The notes under the pieces are model-generated. The model saw only the letters and a program-made list of their open reading frames with translations. It did no database searches and was not told the origin of the DNA. Below are positions 18,380-27,545 of a DNA stretch of 64,000 bases, in pieces (the first letter of the stretch is position 1; each line of letters starts with the position of its first letter). This DNA comes from a virus, in IMG/VR virus record IMGVR_UViG_3300034068_000286, positions 1-64,000 of that record. The stretch is one strand, 5' to 3'. The position numbers and the translations under genes are program-made.

Positions 18380-18598
18380 TTATCTATGCCTGTAAACAAT
18401 CCTGCCCTTGGAGATATCGTAAGGACTCATTTCAATGTCGACCTTATCACCAGGGATAATTGTAATGCGATTCACTCGCAATTTTCCTGCCAATAGCCCT
18501 AGCACCTCTTGTCCTGTTTCCAGTTTAACCATAAACTGTGCATTAGGCAATGCTTCGGTCACATGACCTTTTAATTTAAAACCTTCTTCTTTAGCCAC
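18380..18598 (-). CDS. infA: Translation initiation factor IF-1
   Basis: AKEE...GHVTEALPNAQF...GKLR.NRI.I.PGDKV.IEMSPYD.SKGRIVYR; GTG start. Confidence 0.95.
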   Translation of the reverse strand: MAKEEGFKLKGHVTEALPNAQFMVKLETGQEVLGLLAGKLRVNRITIIPGDKVDIEMSPYDISKGRIVYRHR

Positions 18599-18600
18599 TA

Positions 18601-19080
18601 TTAATATTTTGTTAAATGTTTCATTCTTAGATACCATGCACGGCTAGCTTCTGGCAAGCTGTACAACTTGGCATCTTGTACAATTTTAGCATTTAAATTG
18701 CCTAATGTCAAGTCATTTCTTTGGCCATCCATGCCTACAAACTTCCATTGTTGTGACTCTGTTGCATGTTCGGTATCTTCTACAATGTCAATGATCTTTT
18801 GGCATAGTCCAGGTAGGCGTTTTAATTCAATATAGACATGGTACTTGCCATCTACATCACTAGCATCACTGACTTCAACATCTTCAATTTTGGTTCCGGA
18901 CCACTCTAGATATGCACCAAGGTCCTTGGCTGAATCAGGCGAGCTGGCTTTAAAACAAACTACTACAGTTTCTGCTTCTGATCCAATTTTTGGCTTGTAA
19001 CGATCAATTTCAATTAGTTCGTCAATAGTGCCACGCAAATCGCCTTCACGAAGGCTTTCTTTAAGCTGGTACTTCTTCAC
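18601..19080 (-). CDS. Hypothetical phage protein
   Basis: 159-aa ORF. Confidence 0.7.
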   Translation of the reverse strand: MKKYQLKESLREGDLRGTIDELIEIDRYKPKIGSEAETVVVCFKASSPDSAKDLGAYLEWSGTKIEDVEVSDASDVDGKYHVYIELKRLPGLCQKIIDIVEDTEHATESQQWKFVGMDGQRNDLTLGNLNAKIVQDAKLYSLPEASRAWYLRMKHLTKY

Positions 19081-19627
19081 TTGGTTGCTCCGGTGTTGGT
19101 GCGGCAGGTGCTTGATCCTGTTCGTTATTATCTTGTAAACCTTGCTCGCCGTCTAACTCGTCTTCATATGCCGCATCTACGCTGTCATAATCAACATCAT
19201 CGGTATCTTTGACATCCTCGCTTACGTCTAGCAGGGTTTTTGGTATGCGAATATTGACCAACCAAACAGGCTTTTTAACTGTACGTGGAACTCTTGCGCC
19301 TTCTTTGTTTGTTACAATATCGTCAGGATTCTCTACCTTGGCAAATGTTTCTAGCACATCTTCGCCAAATTTGACTTTACATCCATTCTTGATAAGACGC
19401 ATGGCTGCATCAGGATTGGGCATCATTTTCTTGGGATACATTACTGTTAGTTCAACCCAGTGTCTTTCAACAAATGGGCCATCTACAATCTCACCCTTAA
19501 TCCAGTTTTCATAGGCATATACGTCCATACGATCTAGAATACGATCAATTTCAGCTAAGGTATCAATAACATTAGGACTATTGTGAATAGTGTCTAAGTT
19601 TTGATATATTGAATGTTGTTTTGGCAT
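19061..19627 (-). CDS. Hypothetical phage protein
   Basis: 188-aa ORF with acidic tail; TAAATA at 19635-19640. Confidence 0.7.
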   Translation of the reverse strand: MPKQHSIYQNLDTIHNSPNVIDTLAEIDRILDRMDVYAYENWIKGEIVDGPFVERHWVELTVMYPKKMMPNPDAAMRLIKNGCKVKFGEDVLETFAKVENPDDIVTNKEGARVPRTVKKPVWLVNIRIPKTLLDVSEDVKDTDDVDYDSVDAAYEDELDGEQGLQDNNEQDQAPAAPTPEQPSEEVPA

Positions 19628-19796
19628 AGTTAGATATTTAGCACTTTAGCACCTTATACCTAGCCAACTTGCCGGTATGAGTTAAATACTTTTGGTTCAG
19701 CGATGAATCAACCCTGACGTAGTTGGGTTGACATTTGAAGAAATCTAATATTTTTAACATAAATCAGCCCTTTGCGTCAGTTAGTAAAGGAGCAAG

Positions 19797-20552
19797 ATGA
19801 GAAAACAGCAAAAACGTGTCCAACAGGACCGTAAAGTAGCGTTCGACGGCAACGCTGTAATTGATTTAAATCACTTTAGAGACACAGACACACGCCCTTC
19901 CAAGTATAAACGAGTGGAAATCATGCCTCGTAATTTACGACAAGAAGACTATCTAGCACATCTCGAAAACCCTAAAAAAGACATGGTATTTGCACTAGGC
20001 CCAGCGGGCACAGGCAAAACTCTCATCGCCACGTTATGGGCAATCAAGCAACTCAAATCCAGAGAAATTGAAAGAATTGTGATTACCAGACCAGCAGTCA
20101 GTGTTGATGAACAACACGGCTTCTTACCAGGTACACTAGAGCAGAAAATGGCTCCTTGGACACGCCCAATTATGGATGTGTTTCGCGAATTCTGGGACCT
20201 AAAACAAATTGAGTCCATGCTTGAGAATGAAGTTATTGAAATAGCACCGCTTGCTTACATGCGTGGTCGCACATTCAAGAACTGTGTTATTATCGGCGAT
20301 GAGTTGCAAAACTCAACTGTTAGTCAAATGAAAATGTTGCTGACACGTATTGGTGAAGGATCTAAAATGGTCATCACCGGAGACTTAAACCAACATGATC
20401 GAGGATTTGAACTAAACGGACTAGCTGATTTTATCAAGCGTCTTGCTGAAGATCCAAGCTCTAGAATGGCTTTGGTGGAGTTTGAACGTCAACACGTTGA
20501 ACGACATCCTGCTGTTGCCGAAGTCTTGCGTATCTATGGTGATGAGGATTGA
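19797..20552 (+). CDS. phoH: PhoH-family ATPase
   Basis: GPAGTGKT, ITRPAV, GFLPG, PLAYMRGRT, ITGDLNQ and RHP motifs. Confidence 0.95.
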   Translation: MRKQQKRVQQDRKVAFDGNAVIDLNHFRDTDTRPSKYKRVEIMPRNLRQEDYLAHLENPKKDMVFALGPAGTGKTLIATLWAIKQLKSREIERIVITRPAVSVDEQHGFLPGTLEQKMAPWTRPIMDVFREFWDLKQIESMLENEVIEIAPLAYMRGRTFKNCVIIGDELQNSTVSQMKMLLTRIGEGSKMVITGDLNQHDRGFELNGLADFIKRLAEDPSSRMALVEFERQHVERHPAVAEVLRIYGDED

Positions 20553-21164
20553 TTAAGAATTTACAATATTGTAAATTTCTTGCCAATCATTAACTCTAGG
20601 GACTGCGCCACTATACGATAAGTTATGTGGCGCAGTCATTAATAGGGGCTTCAATCCGTACTTGAAACCCAAGTCAGCATTGCTGGGTTTATCTTCAATC
20701 CAGTAAAGTCCACTGTCTTTGTACTTCACTAACTCAACACCTTTGTCTCCGTGTAATGGAAGTATGTGCAAACTTTGGAAAACGTCTTTTCCAAATACAT
20801 TTTCTAAGTTGTTCAATCGTAAACCGTATGTGTCTGGATGCTCTCCTGCTGTGGTAATAACAACAAATCTCCAACCTTCACTTGCTAACTTTAGCACATG
20901 CTCAACAGCATCACGCCATGGTTCTAAATATTCAAAGTCACTGCTGTGATTAAAGTCACCAATAATGTCAGAACCTTGTTTATGCGGAATATCATAACGA
21001 GCATTTATACTGTACTTGTCATCATTGAGAGGATTAAACTTGTAGCCTTGCCGGCCAATCCAACGAGCAAAGCTGGCCTCCCAATCTAGTATAACGCCAT
21101 CGCAGTCTATCAACATAATTTTATGCGCCACGTGTAAGCCTTTCAAGCTCGACAAATGTAGCAC
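20553..21164 (-). CDS. HAD-superfamily 5'(3')-deoxyribonucleotidase-like protein
   Basis: DCDGVILDW and WIEDKPSN motifs. Confidence 0.8.
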   Translation of the reverse strand: MLHLSSLKGLHVAHKIMLIDCDGVILDWEASFARWIGRQGYKFNPLNDDKYSINARYDIPHKQGSDIIGDFNHSSDFEYLEPWRDAVEHVLKLASEGWRFVVITTAGEHPDTYGLRLNNLENVFGKDVFQSLHILPLHGDKGVELVKYKDSGLYWIEDKPSNADLGFKYGLKPLLMTAPHNLSYSGAVPRVNDWQEIYNIVNS

Positions 21165-22047
21165 TTAGATTAATCTCTGGATCTGCTACCAAGCCGTGAT
21201 TGACAAGTCCTTTACGAATTAACAATAATGCTTGGTCTTTTGTGTCCTCATCTGAACCCCATAAGTCAAGATTACGATACATGAAACGATACATGTCTGT
21301 GTATTCTTCTAAGCTGATCTGTTTAATGATCAAGTTGCGGGCTTCCCGTAGTCGGCCTTGCCGGAACAGATCTACCATGGCAATCTTATAGTCACTTACT
21401 GAATCCTCATTTTGCGGGGCTTCTAGGTGCCCACTGGTGCTACGCATCTGTACTGTATTGATGGCCTTACGCAAATCTGGATAGCAGGCCCTTACATATA
21501 ATTGTAGAGTTTCAGCATCAAGATCAACACCTTCTGTGACCAAAATCTCAGCTAGCCTACGTGTAAAGTCTGTTTCATCCAATGTCCTAAACGTAATTGT
21601 TTGTAATCGACTATGCAATGCAGGAAGAATCTTGTTGGGGTAGTTACAAGTTAAAATAAAGCGCACACCCTCATGATACTGCTCCATCATGCCACGTAAG
21701 ATGGCCTGTGCATTGGGAGTAATGTAATCTGCCTCATCCAACAACACAATCTTAAACGGACCATTTGCCATTGTGCTACAGAAATTTGTAATCTTAGTTC
21801 TTAGTACATCTACACCGTTATCCCTACTAGCGTTAATATGTAAACACTCAGCAGGATCAATACCTAGTTGGTTAACTAGAATTTTAGCAAGTGTAGTCTT
21901 ACCTGCGCCTGCGTTACCTGCTAGCAACAATTGAGGAATGTATCCTTCTTTGATCCAAGTTTCAACCATTTGTTTTTGATTGCGATCAATCCAGACATAG
22001 TCATCTGTTGTTTTTGGTCTATACTTTTCTACCCATAGTTCTTTCAT
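21121..22047 (-). CDS. Clamp loader AAA+ subunit (gp44/RFC-small-like)
   Basis: LWVEKYRP, GNAGAGKTT, DEAD, FILTCNY, SR, PDLRK. Confidence 0.93.
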   Translation of the reverse strand: MKELWVEKYRPKTTDDYVWIDRNQKQMVETWIKEGYIPQLLLAGNAGAGKTTLAKILVNQLGIDPAECLHINASRDNGVDVLRTKITNFCSTMANGPFKIVLLDEADYITPNAQAILRGMMEQYHEGVRFILTCNYPNKILPALHSRLQTITFRTLDETDFTRRLAEILVTEGVDLDAETLQLYVRACYPDLRKAINTVQMRSTSGHLEAPQNEDSVSDYKIAMVDLFRQGRLREARNLIIKQISLEEYTDMYRFMYRNLDLWGSDEDTKDQALLLIRKGLVNHGLVADPEINLSATFVELERLTRGA

Positions 22048-22059
22048 TTGCTTATCCTA

Positions 22060-22251
22060 TTACCAATTGGAAACATCAGTTATATCAATCTTAGTGTCTG
22101 CTGGTTCAAACAAATCAAATCTAACAGTTATAGTTGGACCAATGCCACTTAAACTTTCTGATTCAATTGTGAAGTTTTGTGTTTCTACAAACCTCTCAAC
22201 AATTTCTCTCAACTGATGAAGTTGTTTTCTAGTTAGTGTTATGCTATTCAT
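22060..22251 (-). CDS. Hypothetical protein
   Basis: Coupled small ORF ending DITDVSNW. Confidence 0.65.
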   Translation of the reverse strand: MNSITLTRKQLHQLREIVERFVETQNFTIESESLSGIGPTITVRFDLFEPADTKIDITDVSNW

Positions 22252-22472
22252 TATAGTTTTCCTTCTAGTTTTTCTAGGAACACATCTTCTTCGTGCTCAC
22301 GCAACCATTCGTCTTCATCAACAAATGTTGAACACCTATCAAGTTGCCGTTTAACGGCCCAGTAAATTTTGTAGAGTTCTTGTTTGGCTGGCCAGTTCTG
22401 CCAACCTGTCAAGTGCATATCAGTAGCTGTATTTCCCAGCTTCTGAATTCCCCAAATGATATCGTTTGTCAT
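22251..22472 (-). CDS. Hypothetical protein
   Basis: Coupled small ORF. Confidence 0.65.
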   Translation of the reverse strand: MTNDIIWGIQKLGNTATDMHLTGWQNWPAKQELYKIYWAVKRQLDRCSTFVDEDEWLREHEEDVFLEKLEGKL

Positions 22473-22636
22473 TTTACAAATAACTTTCTAATGTTATTAA
22501 ACAAATTAAGAAACCTAGCCTTGTACGGATCAGACATAATCTGTTCTGCTAGGCTAGGGTGGTGTGGGCAACGGCCCTGTCTGTAATCACACTGTGGTGA
22601 ATATGTCTTGCGGCATGTTGTGCAGTTAGTATTCAT
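22469..22636 (-). CDS. Small Cys-rich hypothetical protein
   Basis: CxxC...C...CPHH; start MNTNC downstream of a TTGACT-17-TACAAT promoter. Confidence 0.6.
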   Translation of the reverse strand: MNTNCTTCRKTYSPQCDYRQGRCPHHPSLAEQIMSDPYKARFLNLFNNIRKLFVK

Positions 22637-22673
22637 GTTACTATTGTAGCATACATGAATACTAAAGTCAATG

Positions 22674-23048
22674 TTATCTTGCGCCGAAATCTTCCGCTTT
22701 GGCACCATCTGGCTTGGTATTAATACCAACGCCTACAAAGTCGTCATCTGGTAATTCATCTGTAACAATCAGACATTCTTTATTGTCCAAGTGAACCAAC
22801 TTTATTTTTTCACCGTCGTGTTCACATTCAAACTGACGGCTCCAACGACCGTGTGCTACCAGTACATACTGTCCAGGCTGTACCCAATCGATACCTTCAC
22901 CAACTAAGCGTACCTTGGCCCAGCGAGGACGAATGCCACGGTCCTTGCCGTTTTCGCCTTGGATGATAATACCACTGGCAGTGACTCGTTGTTCGAGTCC
23001 CATAAGTTCTGCTAGTACACGTTCTTTTAAAGGTTTAATTATAGGCAT
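22674..23048 (-). CDS. groES: GroES-like co-chaperonin
   Basis: IKPLKERVL...TASGII...VRLVGEG...VQPGQYVL. Confidence 0.8.
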   Translation of the reverse strand: MPIIKPLKERVLAELMGLEQRVTASGIIIQGENGKDRGIRPRWAKVRLVGEGIDWVQPGQYVLVAHGRWSRQFECEHDGEKIKLVHLDNKECLIVTDELPDDDFVGVGINTKPDGAKAEDFGAR

Positions 23049-23455
23049 TAGATATCTTCTTTAGGAATAATTTCAAGGCTACCATCCGAGTATTCAACTT
23101 CTACGGCTGGTCCATTTTCGGTTTCAACGTCACGGGAAGCAACAATAGACAAGTCTTCGTTGAATGATTCCTGTGGAGTAACAACAGGTTCTTTGGCAGG
23201 TGCTGGTGCAGGTGGAGCAGAAATTTTATCATCTGCTTTTAAGCTAACATGTTTGGATTCGCCGTTTTTAAGATCGGCAGCCATTCTTGAAATAGTTTGA
23301 GTTGGAATTTTTACATTACCTTTGGCATCAATAATGTCGCCACGGGCGTTCATTGATACATTGCCCACTACTTTGGTGTCACCATTTTTCTCTGCGAATG
23401 CACTCATGTTGAACTCACGTCCACGATGGGTCTTGTATCTTGAATTGGCACTCAT
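23048..23455 (-). CDS. Hypothetical phage protein
   Basis: VGNVSMNARGD motif; Pro-rich linker. Confidence 0.65.
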   Translation of the reverse strand: MSANSRYKTHRGREFNMSAFAEKNGDTKVVGNVSMNARGDIIDAKGNVKIPTQTISRMAADLKNGESKHVSLKADDKISAPPAPAPAKEPVVTPQESFNEDLSIVASRDVETENGPAVEVEYSDGSLEIIPKEDI

Positions 23456-23928
23456 CTAATAAACTCCTTAATATCTAAATTATACTTAATCGAATCGACC
23501 TGGTGTAGTCCTGCCAAGAACAACAAATATGAGCTAACTGAGCTTCCTCGGCCGACTCCCCATAATATGTTGTTGTCTTGCATTACCTTGACTAGGTAAA
23601 TCATAAATCTCAGCATGGGTTCTAACCCATGCTCTTCGAATAGTGCCAGTTCTTCAACTACTCGAACGGCTTGCTCATTGGTGCTTATCTTATTAGCAAA
23701 GTAAATGTCTAAGTCTAACTCCAAGTATTCTGTTGGCAAGTTCCATTGCTTGATTGCTTCTTCTGCGGACTCTGGCAAATTGGCAATTTTAAAAACTGTG
23801 TCTTGACCAAGTTCCTTACAACCTTCATTGTATACATCTAATAATTCTGCAGGTGCAGTTAACATACCTGCTTTGCCCTGGTAAAGAAGTTCAACCAGGT
23901 CAGTCTCTGCTATGGTAGTCATTGGCAT
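23452..23928 (-). CDS. DNA polymerase III alpha (DnaE) fragment
   Basis: WGVGRGSSVSSYLLFL.GLHQVD.IKYNL matches the DnaE GRGS segment; only 158 aa. Confidence 0.8.
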   Translation of the reverse strand: MPMTTIAETDLVELLYQGKAGMLTAPAELLDVYNEGCKELGQDTVFKIANLPESAEEAIKQWNLPTEYLELDLDIYFANKISTNEQAVRVVEELALFEEHGLEPMLRFMIYLVKVMQDNNILWGVGRGSSVSSYLLFLAGLHQVDSIKYNLDIKEFIR

Positions 23929-23929
23929 A

Positions 23930-24154
23930 TTAGACGATGCTGTCTTTAAATGGGTCACTGTCTTTACTTGCTTCAAAACTTTGTTTGTATCCTATTTCCC
24001 ACATGGCATGCCTAATTGCATCCATGTGTCCTAGCATTTGATTCATAACTTCTTGGCTTGCACCACCACCATAGGCGGCATTGTAACGTTTGGTAATCAT
24101 TCGTTGTTGTTCCATTAGCTCATCAAATGTCATAGTATAATATCTAGAATACAT
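23930..24154 (-). CDS. Hypothetical protein
   Basis: Small ORF in the operon. Confidence 0.6.
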   Translation of the reverse strand: MYSRYYTMTFDELMEQQRMITKRYNAAYGGGASQEVMNQMLGHMDAIRHAMWEIGYKQSFEASKDSDPFKDSIV

Positions 24155-24170
24155 GATTTTCCCTTAAAAG

Positions 24171-24500
24171 TCAATTGGGGCTAAAACTACTGCCACATCC
24201 ACATGTTGTTTCGGCGTGTGGATTTTCAATAATAAATCTGCTGCCTGATATGTCCTCTTTGAAGTCAATTACTGCTCCGCTGAGATATTGCATACTTAAT
24301 GCGTCTATCAACAAGGTCTTTGCATCAACCAATGGAATTTCAAAATCATCTTCATTTTTAGCCTCATCAAGAGTGAAACCATATGACATACCTGAGCAAC
24401 CACCACCTTGTACAAATGTGCGTACATGCAGGTTGGGATTGCTTTCTTCTGCAAGTAACTCTAGCACTCTTGCTTTTGCGCTTTCTGTAATGGTTAACAT
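24171..24500 (-). CDS. erpA: A-type Fe-S carrier ErpA/IscA
   Basis: GGGCSG and TCGCGSSF motifs. Confidence 0.92.
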   Translation of the reverse strand: MLTITESAKARVLELLAEESNPNLHVRTFVQGGGCSGMSYGFTLDEAKNEDDFEIPLVDAKTLLIDALSMQYLSGAVIDFKEDISGSRFIIENPHAETTCGCGSSFSPN

Positions 24501-24503
24501 AAT

Positions 24504-24704
24504 TTAGGACCTTATAATAATTTCTATTAGTTCTTCTTTTTTCTTCCTGGAATTAATAGTAATCCCATGGGCATAAGCATAAGCTAGTACCTCTTTCTTA
24601 GTTAGCTGATTTAGTGATTCAGCGTCATGCCTTAGCTCAACAACCAGTGGCTTTTCCTGATCTTTTTTGATCTGTGTACCTAACCAAGACTTAATCTTTT
24701 CCAC
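24504..24704 (-). CDS. Small protein with a Rho-N/HeH-like C-terminal motif
   Basis: LNQLTKKEVLAYA...GI...KKKEELIE; GTG start inferred. Confidence 0.5.
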   Translation of the reverse strand: MEKIKSWLGTQIKKDQEKPLVVELRHDAESLNQLTKKEVLAYAYAHGITINSRKKKEELIEIIIRS

Positions 24705-24966
24705 TAACACCTTCTCCAAAAAATAACTTAGCAAATACAGCGTCTTCTTTGTTTTCAAACAACAACCAACTTTGGCTCTCGTCAAAACCCCAACCTGTCC
24801 ATTCTTTTGTTAAGCCCAATGCTTGCTCTAGCACCAGTTGCGGAATGCCCTGTATGCTCTCCATGCCAGTTTGATTTACTACTGACACAGCCCAAGCCTT
24901 TTCAGGCTTGTACCCTTCAAGGAAGCTATACGTTTGATAAAAATCTCTAACAGTAATAGATTTCAT
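24691..24966 (-). CDS. Hypothetical protein
   Basis: FENKEDAVFAKL end motif common in phage small proteins. Confidence 0.6.
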   Translation of the reverse strand: MKSITVRDFYQTYSFLEGYKPEKAWAVSVVNQTGMESIQGIPQLVLEQALGLTKEWTGWGFDESQSWLLFENKEDAVFAKLFFGEGVSGKD

Positions 24967-25469
24967 TAAGCAAACAAGTCTTCATTCCATTCACGATGAC
25001 CTTCTGTAAAGGCCATGTTGCTTTGTGTCTCACGTACTTCTACACGATAGCACCATAAGCGAGCCGCTTCACCTGGTCCCCACATCTCTGGAATGTAAAC
25101 TCCGTTAACATACTTATAAAGCATGTCACTAAGACCTTCACATCCTAACTTGGGTAGTACAACTACCTTGGCCATGTTCCGCTCTTGTAACAGTTTGTAT
25201 GTGGCCATCTCTGGATCATCTGCCGCTACAATAAGTGTATGATCAAACTGGTCTTCTAGGATTTTCTTTAGTTCTTTTAAGCCGCCATAGTCTGCCGCCC
25301 AATTGCGGACATCTAAGTCGTTGGTGCCAAAGTAGAACTTCATACTAAATGAATATCCATGAATTAAATTACAATGGCTATCGGCCCTCCACTGTCTGTA
25401 CGCACATGGAAAGGCGTCGTGATACTCTTTAGTACTTGTGTACTTGTATGTTACTGGTTGGAATGACAT
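24966..25469 (-). CDS. queD: 6-carboxytetrahydropterin synthase QueD / PTPS family
   Basis: HCNLIHGY, DYGGLK, FDHT and VEVRET motifs. Confidence 0.85.
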   Translation of the reverse strand: MSFQPVTYKYTSTKEYHDAFPCAYRQWRADSHCNLIHGYSFSMKFYFGTNDLDVRNWAADYGGLKELKKILEDQFDHTLIVAADDPEMATYKLLQERNMAKVVVLPKLGCEGLSDMLYKYVNGVYIPEMWGPGEAARLWCYRVEVRETQSNMAFTEGHREWNEDLFA

Positions 25470-25554
25470 GCTTTTCTCCTATGTTAATTATAGCATAGGC
25501 TTGCAGAATTTGTAAAGCGGGATGAATGCCGGAAAGGCCGCTGTTGATATTTAT
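25470..25554 (-). promoter_or_regulatory. Structured 5' leader (riboswitch-like candidate) of queD
   Basis: TAAATA, then an AGCGG/CCGCT stem enclosing GCC-TTTCC-GGC, then a CCTATG/CATAGG hairpin covering the SD. Confidence 0.5.
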
Positions 25555-25561
25555 TGTAATG

Positions 25562-26146
25562 TTAGCGTGTTTGTAGTTCGTTAATACCTAATGCTTTGAA
25601 AGAACGTTGAACACCAACCAACTGACTCCAGCAGTCCCATAGCGCATGATGCGCGGCGCCTTGTGGCCGTTGCAGTCCAGGAACCAGTGCGTACAGTGTG
25701 CGAGCGTCACGGGCTTGCCAGTACTGCCAGGCCACACCACGTTTTAGTTCTCGACTAAAGTGTTCCAAGATGTTTAAGTCAAAGCCTGTACCATTGGCCC
25801 AGATAGCATCAACGCCGCCACACCACCGATGAAAGTCTTTGAGCACGTTACGGATGTCATGGCGATCATGTTCGTTAAAAGCTTCACCGCGTACTTCTTC
25901 ACTTTGTTTGCCCCACCATGCTAGTGTATCGTCATCAATAACATGGTCAAGACCTTCAAAGCTTTCAAAGCTAACACGACGGTAAAATGTATCCATCTTC
26001 TCCATTGGGTTGTCAGTATCATCAGCCCAAGGATTAAAACGAATTGCGCCAATAGTTAGCATTAAACTGTTTGGCTTTGTTCCTAGCGTTTCCAAGTCAA
26101 CCATGATGTGATTACCTGGTCGATCAAAATTATATACTTTATTCAT
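25562..26146 (-). CDS. DEDD 3'-5' exonuclease (DexA/Rv2179c-like)
   Basis: MVDLETL, WANGTGFD, RDART and HHALWD motifs. Confidence 0.88.
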   Translation of the reverse strand: MNKVYNFDRPGNHIMVDLETLGTKPNSLMLTIGAIRFNPWADDTDNPMEKMDTFYRRVSFESFEGLDHVIDDDTLAWWGKQSEEVRGEAFNEHDRHDIRNVLKDFHRWCGGVDAIWANGTGFDLNILEHFSRELKRGVAWQYWQARDARTLYALVPGLQRPQGAAHHALWDCWSQLVGVQRSFKALGINELQTR

Positions 26147-26327
26147 TGTTATCGGTAACTTTCTGTTTGCTCAAAGTAAACGAACCGTTTTGATTATCTT
26201 TCCACAATATGATGTCACCAAAGTCCCATCCTACCTGTGCCAACATGTCAGGCGAAAAGGGAATGACCAGTTCTTTAGTTTCTGGATCTTCCTCAACTGT
26301 AACAGTCCAGCGTTTGTTTTCTGTCAT
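26139..26327 (-). CDS. AbrB/MazE-like small DNA-binding protein
   Basis: ELVIPFSPDML.QVGW..GD.ILW pattern. Confidence 0.6.
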   Translation of the reverse strand: MTENKRWTVTVEEDPETKELVIPFSPDMLAQVGWDFGDIILWKDNQNGSFTLSKQKVTDNNE

Positions 26328-26545
26328 TTTATTGTGTTTCCGTGATAGTCTTTAATTGAAAGCATGTCTGGCACCTTTGATGCTAATCGTGTTAATTCGT
26401 TTTGGCTTGGATGGTGGCGCATGATCCATCGAGCACGTTCTCGCACATCACCTGGTACTCGTGGAGTAACTTGTGGAATCAACAAGTCCTCAATTAGCTT
26501 TAGGCCTTCTACCATGGCGCGGTAGCGTTCATCTGGCATAGTCAT
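26324..26545 (-). CDS. Hypothetical protein (MTMPDERYRA...RHHP type)
   Basis: Conserved-looking small phage protein. Confidence 0.65.
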   Translation of the reverse strand: MTMPDERYRAMVEGLKLIEDLLIPQVTPRVPGDVRERARWIMRHHPSQNELTRLASKVPDMLSIKDYHGNTIK

Positions 26546-26715
26546 AGTTCACCTCTCATTTCCGGCACGTTGGGCCTATTGGTACAGTATTCGCATGTTG
26601 GATCATCACATTTATCTTCTAACCATTTATTACAAGATTTGCAATAGTAAGCGTCATACTCTTGCGAGTAAGATTTTTTATTCTCACAATCACAATAGTT
26701 TAGGTTCAAGTCCAC
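26542..26715 (-). CDS. 57-aa Cys-rich (zinc-finger-like) protein
   Basis: Read by hand: CDC...YDAYYCKSCNKWLEDKCDDPTCEYC; GTG start; fills the gap between neighbours. Confidence 0.6.
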   Translation of the reverse strand: MDLNLNYCDCENKKSYSQEYDAYYCKSCNKWLEDKCDDPTCEYCTNRPNVPEMRGEL

Positions 26716-27545
26716 AACGAGTCTCTTGCTTTAATCAGTCGTATCATCATTGCTTCATCTTCTTTTTCGTAGGCAGCTTCTATCTTTTGTAATTCTTTAT
26801 GAGCTAGCTTACTGGCTTTTTTAAGCTCAGGTGTTTTATCTGTACCCCAATTTAGTTTGCCACCATTTGCTAAACGACTAAGTTCGCAATAAGCAGTCCA
26901 ACCACTGGCATCATGTGGATCGGGGCGGTTGGGATATACAGTGGTCCACCATGTGTAAAGCTCTTTTATTTCTTTTGCACGGATAGCTTGCAATGTAGGC
27001 TTGCCGTAGTCGGGGTGCTCCGGACCACACCAGTCACTGTTGGTTAGTGACATAGCCCAGTCTAGATGATCTAATCCTGCTTGCGGACAACGCCAAGTTC
27101 TCCAACGCCACCAACCACTTGCATAGAATGGAGGATTGTACTTTACACGGTCTTTCTCGTCGCCCCAAGCAATGTGGCTCCATGCCGTTTCTATCTCGAC
27201 AAAGTCCACAAGCTCATTGAATAAACAAGGCAAAAAGCGATTACCCACATCCTGCCACTGACCAGGTTTGATGTCTTTGGCATGAGCAGTAAGAGCATGA
27301 GTGCGAGTAATCCAACGGTTGTTAATGTAGTATTTGATGTCATATAAAGTCCTTGCAGGCCAAGTAACGAAATCTTGGATATAGCCTAGCCCTTCTTCTG
27401 CTAGCCAGTAGCGAAAATTGTGTTTCATCTGTGCGGCAGTGTTCCATTCATCCCATTCCTCGCTGGTACCGGCACTGAGTTTTTTAGTGCCGCGAACCCA
27501 ATCTGCAAAAGGTGTGCATGACCAGTAACGTGTATGATGTGCCAT
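26706..27545 (-). CDS. Hypothetical Trp-rich phage protein
   Basis: 279-aa ORF. Confidence 0.75.
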   Translation of the reverse strand: MAHHTRYWSCTPFADWVRGTKKLSAGTSEEWDEWNTAAQMKHNFRYWLAEEGLGYIQDFVTWPARTLYDIKYYINNRWITRTHALTAHAKDIKPGQWQDVGNRFLPCLFNELVDFVEIETAWSHIAWGDEKDRVKYNPPFYASGWWRWRTWRCPQAGLDHLDWAMSLTNSDWCGPEHPDYGKPTLQAIRAKEIKELYTWWTTVYPNRPDPHDASGWTAYCELSRLANGGKLNWGTDKTPELKKASKLAHKELQKIEAAYEKEDEAMMIRLIKARDSLWT

